A DNA stretch of 63,035 nt from Sulfurospirillum sp. (GTDB lineage: Bacteria > Campylobacterota > Campylobacteria > Campylobacterales > Sulfurospirillaceae): NCBI GenBank assembly GCA_045047115.1, contig JASFYR010000011.1, positions 1 through 63,035 on the forward strand, given 5' to 3'. Of this stretch, positions 39,399 through 48,877 are shown in pieces. The notes beneath the pieces are model-generated. The model did not search any database. It was given only the letters and a program-made list of their open reading frames with translations, and was not told where the DNA came from. Positions within the stretch are counted from its first letter, which is position 1. Every line of letters begins with the position of its first letter. Made by a program: the position numbers and the translations under genes.

Positions 39399-39586
39399 TA
39401 AACACTCTGCATAAAGTGCAAGCACAAGTTCGAGGAATTTTTGATGGGCTTTCAAGGAAGCATTGCTAACGCGACCGCATTTGCTTGCTTTGCCCCGATA
39501 AGATGTAAACACTCTGCATAAAGTGCAAGCTTTAGTGAGAGGAATTTTTGATGGGCTTTGCCCATAAAAAAGGAGAAATTAAATGA
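39399..39586 (+). repeat. Two copies of the RBS-associated two-hairpin element in the rplM leader (first copy carries a 39 nt insert)
   Basis: TAAACACTCTGCATAAAGTGCAAGC at 39399 and 39506, and GAGGAATTTTTGATGGGCTTT in both. The second has AGCTTTAGTGAGAGGAATTT identical to position 21-40. Confidence 0.88.
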
Positions 39587-40014
39587 AAACAACTATTGCC
39601 GTAAAAGCATGTGATGTAAAAAGAGACTGGGTTGTTGTAGATGCTGCAGGGAAAAAATTCGGTAGGGTTCTTACTGAAGTAGCAACACTTCTAAGAGGTA
39701 AGCATAAGCCTTACTTCACTCCAAATGTTGATTGCGGTGACTTTGTAGTCATCATCAATGCAGAAAAAGTAGAGTTTAGTGGAAATAAACTAAACACAAA
39801 ACTTTACCATAGACATACAGGATATTTTGGTGGTGTTAAGAGCGATAAACTCGAAGACTTGCTAAAAAATAATCCTGCTAAATTATATAGACTGGCAGTT
39901 AGAGGAATGTTGCCAAAAACAAACCTTGCTAAAAATATGATAAAAAAACTTAAAGTATATGCTGGCAGTGAGCATCCTCACACAGCGCAAATAAGCAAAG
40001 TGGAGGACAAGTAG
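39583..40014 (+). CDS. rplM: 50S ribosomal protein L13
   Basis: LRGKHKP.FTP.VDCGD, AVRGMLPK, HPH.AQ. Confidence 0.98.
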   Translation: MKTTIAVKACDVKRDWVVVDAAGKKFGRVLTEVATLLRGKHKPYFTPNVDCGDFVVIINAEKVEFSGNKLNTKLYHRHTGYFGGVKSDKLEDLLKNNPAKLYRLAVRGMLPKTNLAKNMIKKLKVYAGSEHPHTAQISKVEDK

Positions 40015-40404
40015 ATGGCAAAAGTATATGCAACAGGAAAAAGAAAAACTGCAATTGCAAAAGTATGGGTAGCAACAGGGAGCGGAAATATAGTAGTAAA
40101 TGGTATAGATTTTGAAGCTTGGCTTGGTGGTCATGAGACTATCAAAAAAAGAGTTAGACAACCACTGGAGCTTACAAAGCAACTTGAAAGTTTAGATATA
40201 AAAGCTACAACTTTTGGTGGTGGATACTCAGCTCAAGCAGATGCATTGCGTCACGGTATATCAAAAGCATTGGCTTCTATGGATGAAGATTACAGAGCAG
40301 TTCTTAAGCCTTACGGCCTTCTTACAAGAGATTCAAGAATCGTCGAAAGAAAGAAATTTGGTAGAAGAAAAGCAAGAAGAAGTCCACAGTTTAGTAAAAG
40401 ATAG
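40015..40404 (+). CDS. rpsI: 30S ribosomal protein S9
   Basis: ATGKRK, GGG..AQA.A.RHG, ERKK, QFSKR. Confidence 0.98.
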   Translation: MAKVYATGKRKTAIAKVWVATGSGNIVVNGIDFEAWLGGHETIKKRVRQPLELTKQLESLDIKATTFGGGYSAQADALRHGISKALASMDEDYRAVLKPYGLLTRDSRIVERKKFGRRKARRSPQFSKR

Positions 40405-40414
40405 TTTTTACAAC

Positions 40415-40436
40415 AAGAGGAGTTTTTACTCCTCTT
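40415..40436 (+). terminator. Hairpin after rpsI
   Basis: AAGAGGAGT-TTTT-ACTCCTCTT perfect 9 bp stem; weak U-tract. Confidence 0.5.
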
Positions 40437-40442
40437 CCTACT

Positions 40443-40904
40443 ATGAGTAAAAAAGTCCTCATAAGTTCCTGTCTTCTTGGTGAAAATGTCAAGTATGACG
40501 GAGGAAATAACTACATATCACAAAATCCTTTCATAGAAAAACTAAAATCCCAAAATCTTATAGTCCCAACTTGCCCTGAAGTAGAGGGAGGTTTGCCAAT
40601 TCCGAGAGTTGTGGTCGAGATAAAAGATGCAAAAGCCATCAATAAAAACGGTGTTGATAAAACCAAAGAGTTTGAAAAAGGTGCTCAAAAAGCTTTTGGT
40701 AAAGTTAAACTTTTTGATATAAAGATGGCTATAATGAAGAGTAAAAGCCCCTCTTGTGGACGTGATTTTATATATGATGGCAGTTTTACAAAAAAATTGA
40801 TAGAAGGTGATGGTGTAAGTGTAAAATTGCTAAAGATGGGAGGCATAAGGATTTTTACTGAAAATGAGATTACAGAAGCAAGGGAGTTTTGGGAAAAGCT
40901 TTGA
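40443..40904 (+). CDS. DUF523 family (2-thiouracil desulfurase-like)
   Basis: SSCLLG..VKYDG, CPEVEGGL..PR, KSPSCG. Confidence 0.9.
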   Translation: MSKKVLISSCLLGENVKYDGGNNYISQNPFIEKLKSQNLIVPTCPEVEGGLPIPRVVVEIKDAKAINKNGVDKTKEFEKGAQKAFGKVKLFDIKMAIMKSKSPSCGRDFIYDGSFTKKLIEGDGVSVKLLKMGGIRIFTENEITEAREFWEKL

Positions 40905-40936
40905 TATAATACAAAATCTCAAACCGGGAGACTTCA

Positions 40937-41887
40937 ATGATACAAGCTTTCAAACATGCAGATAATCAAATCCAAACCATAAAAACAAAAAACGAACAAA
41001 CTCTCAAAGATGCTATCTGGATAGATATAAACGAACCGTCGAAAAAAGAGATGAGGCTTATAGCGCAAGTCAGCTCTCTTCCTGTTCCAACTCTCGAAGA
41101 GATACAGGAGATCGAGTCTAGTTCTCACTATGAGACATATAATAACGGTTTTCAGCTTAACTGCCTCTTTTTGCAGCTCATAGGCAGAGATGACAATTCA
41201 AATGCAAATGTACTTTTTTTAGTGGGAAAAGATAAAGTGATTACTATATGTCAAGATGAAGTGCCTGAACTCAGACTTCTTAGGACATATTTCAAAAAAA
41301 ATCTTATAAAACTTATAACACCCAAAGAGATATTTTTAAAGTTGATGGAGATGAAGATAGACAGAGTTGCCGATACACTCGAAGACTCGTATAAAAGACT
41401 TAATAAGATAGGTAAAAATGTTCTCTCGGTTAAGAGTGACAGCATAGAAGATGCCATAGAGGATTTGGCTCAAGAGGACGATACGCTGGGTATGATTCGC
41501 CTATGCCTTATGGATACACAAAGAGATATGCTCATGCTTCAAAAGAGAAAATCAAGATGGCTTCAAGATGACAAAGACGAGATAAATGATATATTGACAG
41601 ATATCGAGACTCTCATGCCTCATAACACCTTTCTGTCAGAAAAGACAGACTTTTTGATGAATGCAGCCCAAGGTTTTATAAATATTCAGCAAAATAAAAT
41701 TATAAAGATATTTTCAATCGCTTCAGTTGTATTTTTGCCACCTACGATGATAGCTAGCATATATGGCATGAATTTTAGGTTTATGCCTGAACTTCACTGG
41801 GAGTTTGGTTACCTTTTTGCCCTTGTTCTTATCGCTATATCGGGAGTTATGCCATATCTGTTTTTTAAGAAAAAAGGATGGTTATAA
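40937..41887 (+). CDS. corA: Mg2+/Co2+ transporter CorA
   Basis: EIESS, PPT.IASIYGMNF..MPEL, KKGWL. Confidence 0.95.
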   Translation: MIQAFKHADNQIQTIKTKNEQTLKDAIWIDINEPSKKEMRLIAQVSSLPVPTLEEIQEIESSSHYETYNNGFQLNCLFLQLIGRDDNSNANVLFLVGKDKVITICQDEVPELRLLRTYFKKNLIKLITPKEIFLKLMEMKIDRVADTLEDSYKRLNKIGKNVLSVKSDSIEDAIEDLAQEDDTLGMIRLCLMDTQRDMLMLQKRKSRWLQDDKDEINDILTDIETLMPHNTFLSEKTDFLMNAAQGFINIQQNKIIKIFSIASVVFLPPTMIASIYGMNFRFMPELHWEFGYLFALVLIAISGVMPYLFFKKKGWL

Positions 41888-41965
41888 TAGGATAAAATAA
41901 GTCTCATTTACCTTTTATTTATAAAAGGTTACTATTTGTTTAGGCTTTAATCATATAATTTCACT

Positions 41966-42056
41966 ACCAAGACGCAACCCTCCTTTTTAGAAAACGAATA
42001 TTTTTTTTTAAAATCAGCGTTCGAGATGCCCACCTTGAACGCTGATTTTATGTTTT
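41966..42056 (+). ncRNA. Candidate sRNA, copy 1 (C-rich anti-SD motifs)
   Basis: TATAAT 41954-41959; ACCAAGACGCAACCCTCCTTTT; 17 bp stem 42009-42050 with loop ATGCCCAC; paralog at 44136. Confidence 0.65.
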
Positions 42057-42060
42057 GACT

Positions 42061-43146
42061 TTACTCTACAAAAATTAAAAAAAAAAAAACGATAAAAAGT
42101 ATAAAGTTTAAAAATCCCTCTAGTACATTTGTTTCACCATCATTAAAATGAACGATACTCACTACTAAAGTTATTCCTATCATCGTCATCTGAAGTGGAG
42201 TAAGAGCCAAATCTATGTTAAAGTGCATAATTTCAGCTACCACTATAACGCTTGGAACCGTTAAAAGAAGTGTTGCGAGGCTTGCTCCAAGGGCTATGTT
42301 TATGACAGTTTGCATATTGTTATTTGATGCTGACTTTATAGCGGTTATCAGCTCAGGCGAAGCGGATATGACAGCTACCACAAAGGCACCAAGAGTTATA
42401 GGAAGTCCTATGGATTCTATGCTGTTGCCCATAAAAAGAGCCAGAAGTTCTGAAAGCAGTCCTATAATCACAATAGATACAGAGAGTATGACGGCATGAT
42501 ATAGTCCGTTAATCTTAGCAATATTTATGTATTCTTGCTCTGTTTTTTGATTGCTTTGATAGTTATATGTAAAAAAATACTTATGGTTTTTGAGCTGAAT
42601 TTTTGTAAAGAGTATATAGAGCATGGCAAAAGCAACGACTACAAAGTTTTCATACATTATCAGATTTTTATCTGGTATAAAATGAGGAAGTACCATGGCT
42701 ATCGTAAAAGCGACTATGAGCATAGATATATATGAGTTGGATGAGTCCATGTTGTACTTTTGCTCACCGTATTTGATACCGCCTATAAAAGCACAGATAC
42801 CTAAAAGCCCATTTATGTCTAGCATCACAGCTGAATATATAGTATCTCTTGCGAGTGTCGGACTATGGGCATTTGTCATCATAATAACGATGATAACTAT
42901 CTCTACGATGACAGCGGAGATAGTGAGTATGAGTGTGCCATAAGGTTCACCATACTTTTTGGCGAGTTTTTCTGCATGATGAGCGACATTGATAGCGGAA
43001 TAGATGATGACGGAAAATATAAGCAAAAAACCGATGATATTTCCTATTATACTGCTCTCTAGCATGTGTTCAAGTGCAAATACACCTATTAAGCATACAA
43101 GTGATAACCAAAGAGCTTTTTCACCCAAGAGTTTGCTAATCTCCAT
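42061..43146 (-). CDS. Ca2+/H+ antiporter (ChaA/CaCA family)
   Basis: GEPYGTLILT...E, LARDT, SPE, NIALGA, TNVLEG. Confidence 0.9.
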   Translation of the reverse strand: MEISKLLGEKALWLSLVCLIGVFALEHMLESSIIGNIIGFLLIFSVIIYSAINVAHHAEKLAKKYGEPYGTLILTISAVIVEIVIIVIMMTNAHSPTLARDTIYSAVMLDINGLLGICAFIGGIKYGEQKYNMDSSNSYISMLIVAFTIAMVLPHFIPDKNLIMYENFVVVAFAMLYILFTKIQLKNHKYFFTYNYQSNQKTEQEYINIAKINGLYHAVILSVSIVIIGLLSELLALFMGNSIESIGLPITLGAFVVAVISASPELITAIKSASNNNMQTVINIALGASLATLLLTVPSVIVVAEIMHFNIDLALTPLQMTMIGITLVVSIVHFNDGETNVLEGFLNFILFIVFFFLIFVE

Positions 43147-44002
43147 CTTCGACTAATGCCTTTAAATTTCTACATGTAAAGAGTTTAAGCGTCTCATTTT
43201 TCATCGATTTTAACTCGTTAGTAAACCCTTTTTTTGCAAAAAGAAGTAAAAAATCAGGCTCAATTCCTACAGTTTTGCAGTTTTCTTTGAGTTTTGTCAG
43301 CTCACTCTTTTTTACTTTCGTGTTTATATATCTACTGCTTCCTGCTATAATCTTTCCATCTTTGGTTTTGGCGAGTAAGTTTATCTCCCTGTCCTCATCC
43401 CAATATCTTCCTGCGTTATATATCTTTTCATCTCTAAAGTAGAGTTTTACAAGCTCAAAGCAGAGTTGCTCAAATATAAGCTGGGTAAATTCCATTTTTT
43501 TATTACTAAAAGAGTCATAAAATTCACCATAATCGCCACTCTTTATCCCTTTGAAAAGTGGAGAGACAAAAGAGAACCAAAATCGCACAAAAGGCGATGT
43601 AAATAAAATCCGTTCAGCCGTATAATTGTGCTCAAAAGATGATTCAAGCTTTATAACTCCCAAATCAAGCAGATCTTCAACACAATCCATACCGTCATTG
43701 TAAGCAACTTTAGCCCTTTTAAATGTAGAGTTTGTCCGACGATCTCCAAGAGCCGCACCTGTGAGTATAGAAGGAAAAAGCTCGTCTTTTGTGGTGTATG
43801 CACTAATGTCATTTCTTAAAAATTTGTATCTGTCAAGAATGTCTGTTTTTATGAGCTCCAGAAGAGGTAGGTTCATATCTATCTCTATTCCCAAACCTCC
43901 AAAAACTGCAAAATACTCTACTGCATCTTCCATATTTTTGGGTTTATTCACCTTGCAAAAGTTACTAAATTGCTCTTTTAGAGAGTGTTTATTAAAATCT
44001 AT
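43136..44002 (-). CDS. DUF234-domain protein; probable ATA start
   Basis: EYFAVFGG, PFVRFWFSFV.P, FEQL, GRYWD. Frame stays open upstream to ATA 44002 behind AAGGA. Confidence 0.75.
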   Translation of the reverse strand: MDFNKHSLKEQFSNFCKVNKPKNMEDAVEYFAVFGGLGIEIDMNLPLLELIKTDILDRYKFLRNDISAYTTKDELFPSILTGAALGDRRTNSTFKRAKVAYNDGMDCVEDLLDLGVIKLESSFEHNYTAERILFTSPFVRFWFSFVSPLFKGIKSGDYGEFYDSFSNKKMEFTQLIFEQLCFELVKLYFRDEKIYNAGRYWDEDREINLLAKTKDGKIIAGSSRYINTKVKKSELTKLKENCKTVGIEPDFLLLFAKKGFTNELKSMKNETLKLFTCRNLKALVEDGD

Positions 44003-44135
44003 GATAAATCCTTTAAAATTTATACAAATTATACCATATTTAAACTAGCGCTATAATCGGAAGTTTAACCGGTTTATTTACTTTATGTTTGATATAGGTT
44101 GTTTTTTATTTAATATATAATCCTATACTTTCATT

Positions 44136-44214
44136 ACCAAGACGCAACCCTCCTTTTAAAACGAATATGTTTTTAAGATTAGCGTTCGAGATGCCCACCT
44201 CGAACGCTTTTTTT
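44136..44214 (+). ncRNA. Candidate sRNA, copy 2
   Basis: TATACT 44124-44129; identical 5' 22 nt; perfect 10 bp stem 44181-44208 with loop ATGCCCAC followed by a T-run. Confidence 0.65.
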
Positions 44215-44243
44215 ATGTCTAAATCTTATGGTATAATCTCAAA

Positions 44244-45737
44244 ATGAAAAACTTAATTTTTATACTAATTTTTATCGTTTCGCTTGATGCTTCAACTCTT
44301 AGACTCTCTATCAGCGCAAATCCGAGTCGAATAAATCCGATACTCTCAACAGACAGCTCAAGCAGTGAGATAACACAGTGGATATTTAACTCTCTTATCA
44401 CTTATGACAAAAATGCAAAAATCAAGATGATGTTGGCTGGTAGCTATGAGTTTCAAAATGATACTACGCTTATTTTTCATCTCAAACATGGAGTTAAGTG
44501 GAGTGATGGAGCTCCCTTTAGTGCCAAAGATGTACTTTTTACTTATAAAACTATCATTTCGCCCAAAATTTTCACTCCATACTCATCAAGTTTTAAACAT
44601 ATCAAAAGTGTTACCGCACTGGATGATTATACGCTCAAGGTGGTATATAAGTATCCGTATTTTAAAGCACTTGAAACATGGATGATGGAGATTTTACCTG
44701 AGCATCTTCTAAAAAATGAAAAAAATATGATGACAAGCAAATTTAATCAAGCCCCTATCGGCACAGGACCTTATATACTGAAGAAATTTTCTATATCAAA
44801 TGACATAGTTTTGAGGGCAAATCCTGGTTACTTCATACATAAGCCCTATATTGATGAGATAGTTTATCACTATCTTCCCGATAGTTCGGCAAATTTTTTA
44901 ATGTTAAAATCAGGTCTTTTGGATGTTGGCTCACTTACGCCCTTGCAACTTGAGAGACAGATAGACAGCGGTTTTAAAAAGAGGTTTAGTATCTATGAGT
45001 CGCCTTCTCACTCCTACTCATACATAGGCTTCAACCTTAAAAATCCAAAGTTTCAAGATCCTCTCGTACGCAGAGCTCTTTCGCTGGCTATAAACAGACA
45101 AGAGTTGGCAAAAGTGATGTTCTTTGGACATGCAAAAGTGTGTACTGGTCCTTTTTTACCGGGAACTGGAGCATTTAATCCACTTGTTTTAGCTCCCAAG
45201 CAAGATATCCCAAAGGCAAAAGAGCTCCTTAAGCAGGCAGGCTATGATAAAAATCATCCTCTGAGTTTTGAACTTTCAACAAACACGGGTTCCATTAGAA
45301 CATACATGGCGCAAATCCTCCAATCCCAGCTGAGAAAAGCGGGAGTAATAGTAAAACTTCGTATCATGGAGTGGCAAGCTTTTTTAAATACAGTAGTGAT
45401 GCCAAAAAGATTTGAAACTGTACTTCTGGCATGGTCTGTTGGCCTTAAGCCTGATGCTTACAGCATATGGGACAGTAAGTCATATAAAAAAGGCGGTTTT
45501 AATTTTATAGGATATAAAAATAAAGAGGTTGACAGACTCATAGAAAAAGCTGAAAAGACAGTGGATAATAAAAAGTTTGACTCAATCTATCGAAAAATTT
45601 TCAAACTAATCACAGATGATAATCCATATCTCTTTTTGGTGATTCCAAACTCTATAACAGTAGTAAATAAAAAGATTCATCCCGTAAGTCCTTCTATCAT
45701 AGGCGTAATGCACAATGAGATACAGTGGAAAAAATAG
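44244..45737 (+). CDS. Peptide ABC transporter substrate-binding protein (family 5)
   Basis: Signal peptide, GVKWSDG.PF.AKDV.FT, PIGTGPY, VRRALS.AINR. Confidence 0.92.
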   Translation: MKNLIFILIFIVSLDASTLRLSISANPSRINPILSTDSSSSEITQWIFNSLITYDKNAKIKMMLAGSYEFQNDTTLIFHLKHGVKWSDGAPFSAKDVLFTYKTIISPKIFTPYSSSFKHIKSVTALDDYTLKVVYKYPYFKALETWMMEILPEHLLKNEKNMMTSKFNQAPIGTGPYILKKFSISNDIVLRANPGYFIHKPYIDEIVYHYLPDSSANFLMLKSGLLDVGSLTPLQLERQIDSGFKKRFSIYESPSHSYSYIGFNLKNPKFQDPLVRRALSLAINRQELAKVMFFGHAKVCTGPFLPGTGAFNPLVLAPKQDIPKAKELLKQAGYDKNHPLSFELSTNTGSIRTYMAQILQSQLRKAGVIVKLRIMEWQAFLNTVVMPKRFETVLLAWSVGLKPDAYSIWDSKSYKKGGFNFIGYKNKEVDRLIEKAEKTVDNKKFDSIYRKIFKLITDDNPYLFLVIPNSITVVNKKIHPVSPSIIGVMHNEIQWKK

Positions 45738-47830
45738 AAGGATATGATATCAAAAAAATTTTAGAAAAAGTTTTTGGGTTCAATGACTTTAAACCCCTGC
45801 AAAAAGAGAGTATAGAGACTATAATATCTAATAAAGATTTGCTTACGATATTGCCTACAGGCGGAGGAAAATCACTCTGCTATCAGCTACCGGCTCTATT
45901 TTTTGAAGATAAAACTACGATAGTCATATCCCCACTAATCGCACTTATAAATGATCAGGTTATAAACTTGAGACAAAATAATATAAGAGCAGAAAAACTT
46001 ACAAGCGAATTAAGTGTTCAAGAGAGTAGAGAAGTCTATGAAAAGATATACAGTGGTGAAGTTTCACTCCTGTATGTTTCACCTGAGAGGGCGGTGAGTG
46101 ATGGCTTTAAAAGTCTGATTGGGCAGATTGATGTTGGTTTTATAGTGATTGATGAGGCGCATTGTGTAAGTGAATGGGGGCATGAATTTAGACCTGACTA
46201 TCGCAAGCTTCATTTTTTAAAAGAGGAGTTCCCTCATATACCAATTGCAGCTTTTACAGCAACTGCTACCCAAAAAGTAGCGAATGATATAGTAAAATCT
46301 CTAAGATTGGACAATCCTGTTGTGCTAAAGGGGAGTTTTTTTAGGAAAAATCTCATATTAAATATACAAAAAAGAACGGGTAACGGCAGGGATAAACTGA
46401 TAAGATTTTTAAAAAATTACCAGGATGAGAGCGGGATTGTCTATACGTTTACGAGAAAAGAGAGTGAAGATACAGCTCACTTTTTGCGTAGTAAAAATTT
46501 TAAAGCACAAGCATACCATGCAGGGTTGAGTGCCAGGAAAAGAAAAACAGTCCAAGAGAGCTTTATAAAAGACGAGACAAAAATCATTGTGGCAACCATC
46601 GCTTTTGGTATGGGTATCGATAAGAGCAATGTTAGATTTGTTGTGCATATGGATCTTCCAAAGAGCATGGAGAGCTATTACCAAGAGATAGGAAGAGCCG
46701 GCAGAGACGGACTTAAAAGCGAGTGTCTGCTTCTGTATTCCATGAGTGATGTGATGAGAAAAGGGGAGCTTTTAAACTCTATAGAGGATGATATATATAG
46801 AAACAATGCAAAAAACAAGATAGAAGAGATGTACAATTATGCCAACAGCACAAGTTGTCGTCATCAAACTCTTGTGGGGTATTTTGAAGAGGAGATTGAT
46901 GAGTGCAAAGAGTCTTGTGACAATTGCAAAAGAGGTGAAATTGAAGAGATAGATATAACTAAAGAAGCAAGAATGTTGCTCTCTGCAGTTTATAGGACAA
47001 ATCAGAGTTTTGGTACGAACTATATCATAGATATACTAAGAGGAAGCAAGGGTAAAAAAATTCTGGATAATGCCCATGACAGGCTTAGTGTTTATGGGAT
47101 AGGCAAAGATATATCAAAGGCTAGTTGGGAGCTTATATTTGATAAGCTCTTTGAAAAAAGAGCCATAAAAAGAGGCGATTACAGAGAGCTGTTTATCACA
47201 AGTTTTGGAAATAGACTTTTAAAGGGAGAGGAGAAGCTTTTGGGAAGTGAGGAGATATTTCAAAAGCAAGAGAGTGTCTCTTTAGAGGTTGACGAGACTC
47301 TAAAAGATGAGAATTTTGAAGCTTTGAGGTCTCTTAGAGCAGAATTGGCAAAAAGAGATAGCGTTCCGGCTTATGTCATCTTTTCAGATGCAACGCTCAA
47401 AGAGATGAGCAAAAAACTACCAAATGATAAAGAGAGTTTTTTGAAGATAAATGGTGTAGGAGAGGTGAAACTTAAAAAATACGGAGAACTGTTTTTAGAA
47501 AAACTAAAAAGTTTAAAACAAAACAGACTGAGTGATACGGTACAAAAAACACTCGATTTGATACTGGAGGGAAAAAATATAAAAGAGATAGCAGTTATAA
47601 GAGAAGTGCGGGATTCTACGGTATTAAATCACCTCAAAATTATCTCAAAAACCAAGAAAATAGATGAAAGTTTAAAAGAAAAGATAGTGGGCGAATATCT
47701 TGAAACTATCCCTGAAGAATTTAAAAAATGGTATGATGATGGAGCAAAAAAAGTTGATAATTTTGAGATTTTTAAGTCGTATATCTACTCACTAAACAGT
47801 ATAAGGGAATTAGAGTTTGAAAAAGACTGA
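45725..47830 (+). CDS. recQ: DNA helicase RecQ
   Basis: PTGGGKSLCYQ, DEAHCVSEWGHEFRP, QEIGRAGRDG, Zn Cys motif, RQC and HRDC domains. Exact start uncertain. Confidence 0.95.
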   Translation: MEKIEGYDIKKILEKVFGFNDFKPLQKESIETIISNKDLLTILPTGGGKSLCYQLPALFFEDKTTIVISPLIALINDQVINLRQNNIRAEKLTSELSVQESREVYEKIYSGEVSLLYVSPERAVSDGFKSLIGQIDVGFIVIDEAHCVSEWGHEFRPDYRKLHFLKEEFPHIPIAAFTATATQKVANDIVKSLRLDNPVVLKGSFFRKNLILNIQKRTGNGRDKLIRFLKNYQDESGIVYTFTRKESEDTAHFLRSKNFKAQAYHAGLSARKRKTVQESFIKDETKIIVATIAFGMGIDKSNVRFVVHMDLPKSMESYYQEIGRAGRDGLKSECLLLYSMSDVMRKGELLNSIEDDIYRNNAKNKIEEMYNYANSTSCRHQTLVGYFEEEIDECKESCDNCKRGEIEEIDITKEARMLLSAVYRTNQSFGTNYIIDILRGSKGKKILDNAHDRLSVYGIGKDISKASWELIFDKLFEKRAIKRGDYRELFITSFGNRLLKGEEKLLGSEEIFQKQESVSLEVDETLKDENFEALRSLRAELAKRDSVPAYVIFSDATLKEMSKKLPNDKESFLKINGVGEVKLKKYGELFLEKLKSLKQNRLSDTVQKTLDLILEGKNIKEIAVIREVRDSTVLNHLKIISKTKKIDESLKEKIVGEYLETIPEEFKKWYDDGAKKVDNFEIFKSYIYSLNSIRELEFEKD

Positions 47831-47953
47831 GTATCTGCTTGTAAGCAGGCGGTTATCATTTGATTTGGTATTATTTTTGATGAGAAAATATCTCCGTTCC
47901 GCATCCTCAAACAGATATATATCAAGACATTATAAAAAAGGATTTTCTCTTTT

Positions 47954-48844
47954 TTATATGACAATCACCTTTTTTTCAGTTAAACACATAGCAAAACCCT
48001 TTTCATAGTATGCTGCTTCATTTATAAACAGAGCATACATCTCTTCATCTTCTTCACAGTTTATAACTTCGCCCTCCAGTGTTATAAAAAGAGGATCTCC
48101 TTTTGTGAGTTTAAAATATCCATTATCTTGCAAATTAGGATGTACGGTCGCATTTATATCTCCATCTTTGCCTCTTGGAAAATCGAGTAATTTTACATGG
48201 TCATAAATCTCGATGGTTTCATATCTTTTATTTAGATTGTCATTGTTGTATTTTTCAAAAAAGTCAAGTATATGGCTTACTAATTTTTCTGTTTCAAAAA
48301 ATAGATCAGCTCTTAGAACTCCTTGCGGAATAGGGCCCACTTCTATGGCAAAACCCTCTTTTGTGATTGAGTTGACAAATGAAACCTCTTTCGTATCGCC
48401 TCTCCACCTGAAAATGTGAAGATTAGGCTCTTTTTCTTTCAAATATGCTGCTGCTTGCCAAGTGAGTTTACTGTCATTATCTATGACGATAGAGAGTCCC
48501 ATGTTTGAAGTAGTTGAGTGCAGATCCACAATAAAATCAACTGCTGTTTTAACACTTCCTTTAGGCCCTAGTTTGGCATTTATATTTTTTGCAAGAATAT
48601 CTTCGTAATTGTATAGCATATCATTTGCCAGATCATTTTTTATAAATGCCCTGTTTAAATCTTTATCTACATATCTGGTGCATTTTTTCATGGCGCCGAC
48701 ATTGGTATGCATAACTACAGTCTTGAACCCCTTTCTTTTTACTAGGGCCGGATTTTTTTTATATTTATTGATAAGATAAACGCCGGTTAGTTCATTTCCA
48801 TGTGTTCCGCCTGTAATCGCAATGCTGTTTATTTTTTTAGACAT
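47954..48844 (-). CDS. Aspartoacylase (AstE/AspA family)
   Basis: GGTHGNE, RYVDKDLNR.F, DLHSTT.NMG, IEVGP.PQG, FINEAAYYEKG. Confidence 0.9.
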   Translation of the reverse strand: MSKKINSIAITGGTHGNELTGVYLINKYKKNPALVKRKGFKTVVMHTNVGAMKKCTRYVDKDLNRAFIKNDLANDMLYNYEDILAKNINAKLGPKGSVKTAVDFIVDLHSTTSNMGLSIVIDNDSKLTWQAAAYLKEKEPNLHIFRWRGDTKEVSFVNSITKEGFAIEVGPIPQGVLRADLFFETEKLVSHILDFFEKYNNDNLNKRYETIEIYDHVKLLDFPRGKDGDINATVHPNLQDNGYFKLTKGDPLFITLEGEVINCEEDEEMYALFINEAAYYEKGFAMCLTEKKVIVI

Positions 48845-48877
48845 GCTTCACCTCGATTTTTTAAAATTATAGCGTAA

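Noticed and set aside
42077..42089. A13 homopolymer as a phase-variation switch in the antiporter
   Set aside because: It falls in the last ~10 codons (Phe-rich TM end), the frame is intact, and A/T runs are common here.
41940..44160. Type I toxin-antitoxin loci (AapA/IsoA-like) at the twin repeats
   Set aside because: The opposite-strand AAGGAGG is followed only by 7- and 5-codon ORFs; no hydrophobic toxin peptide.
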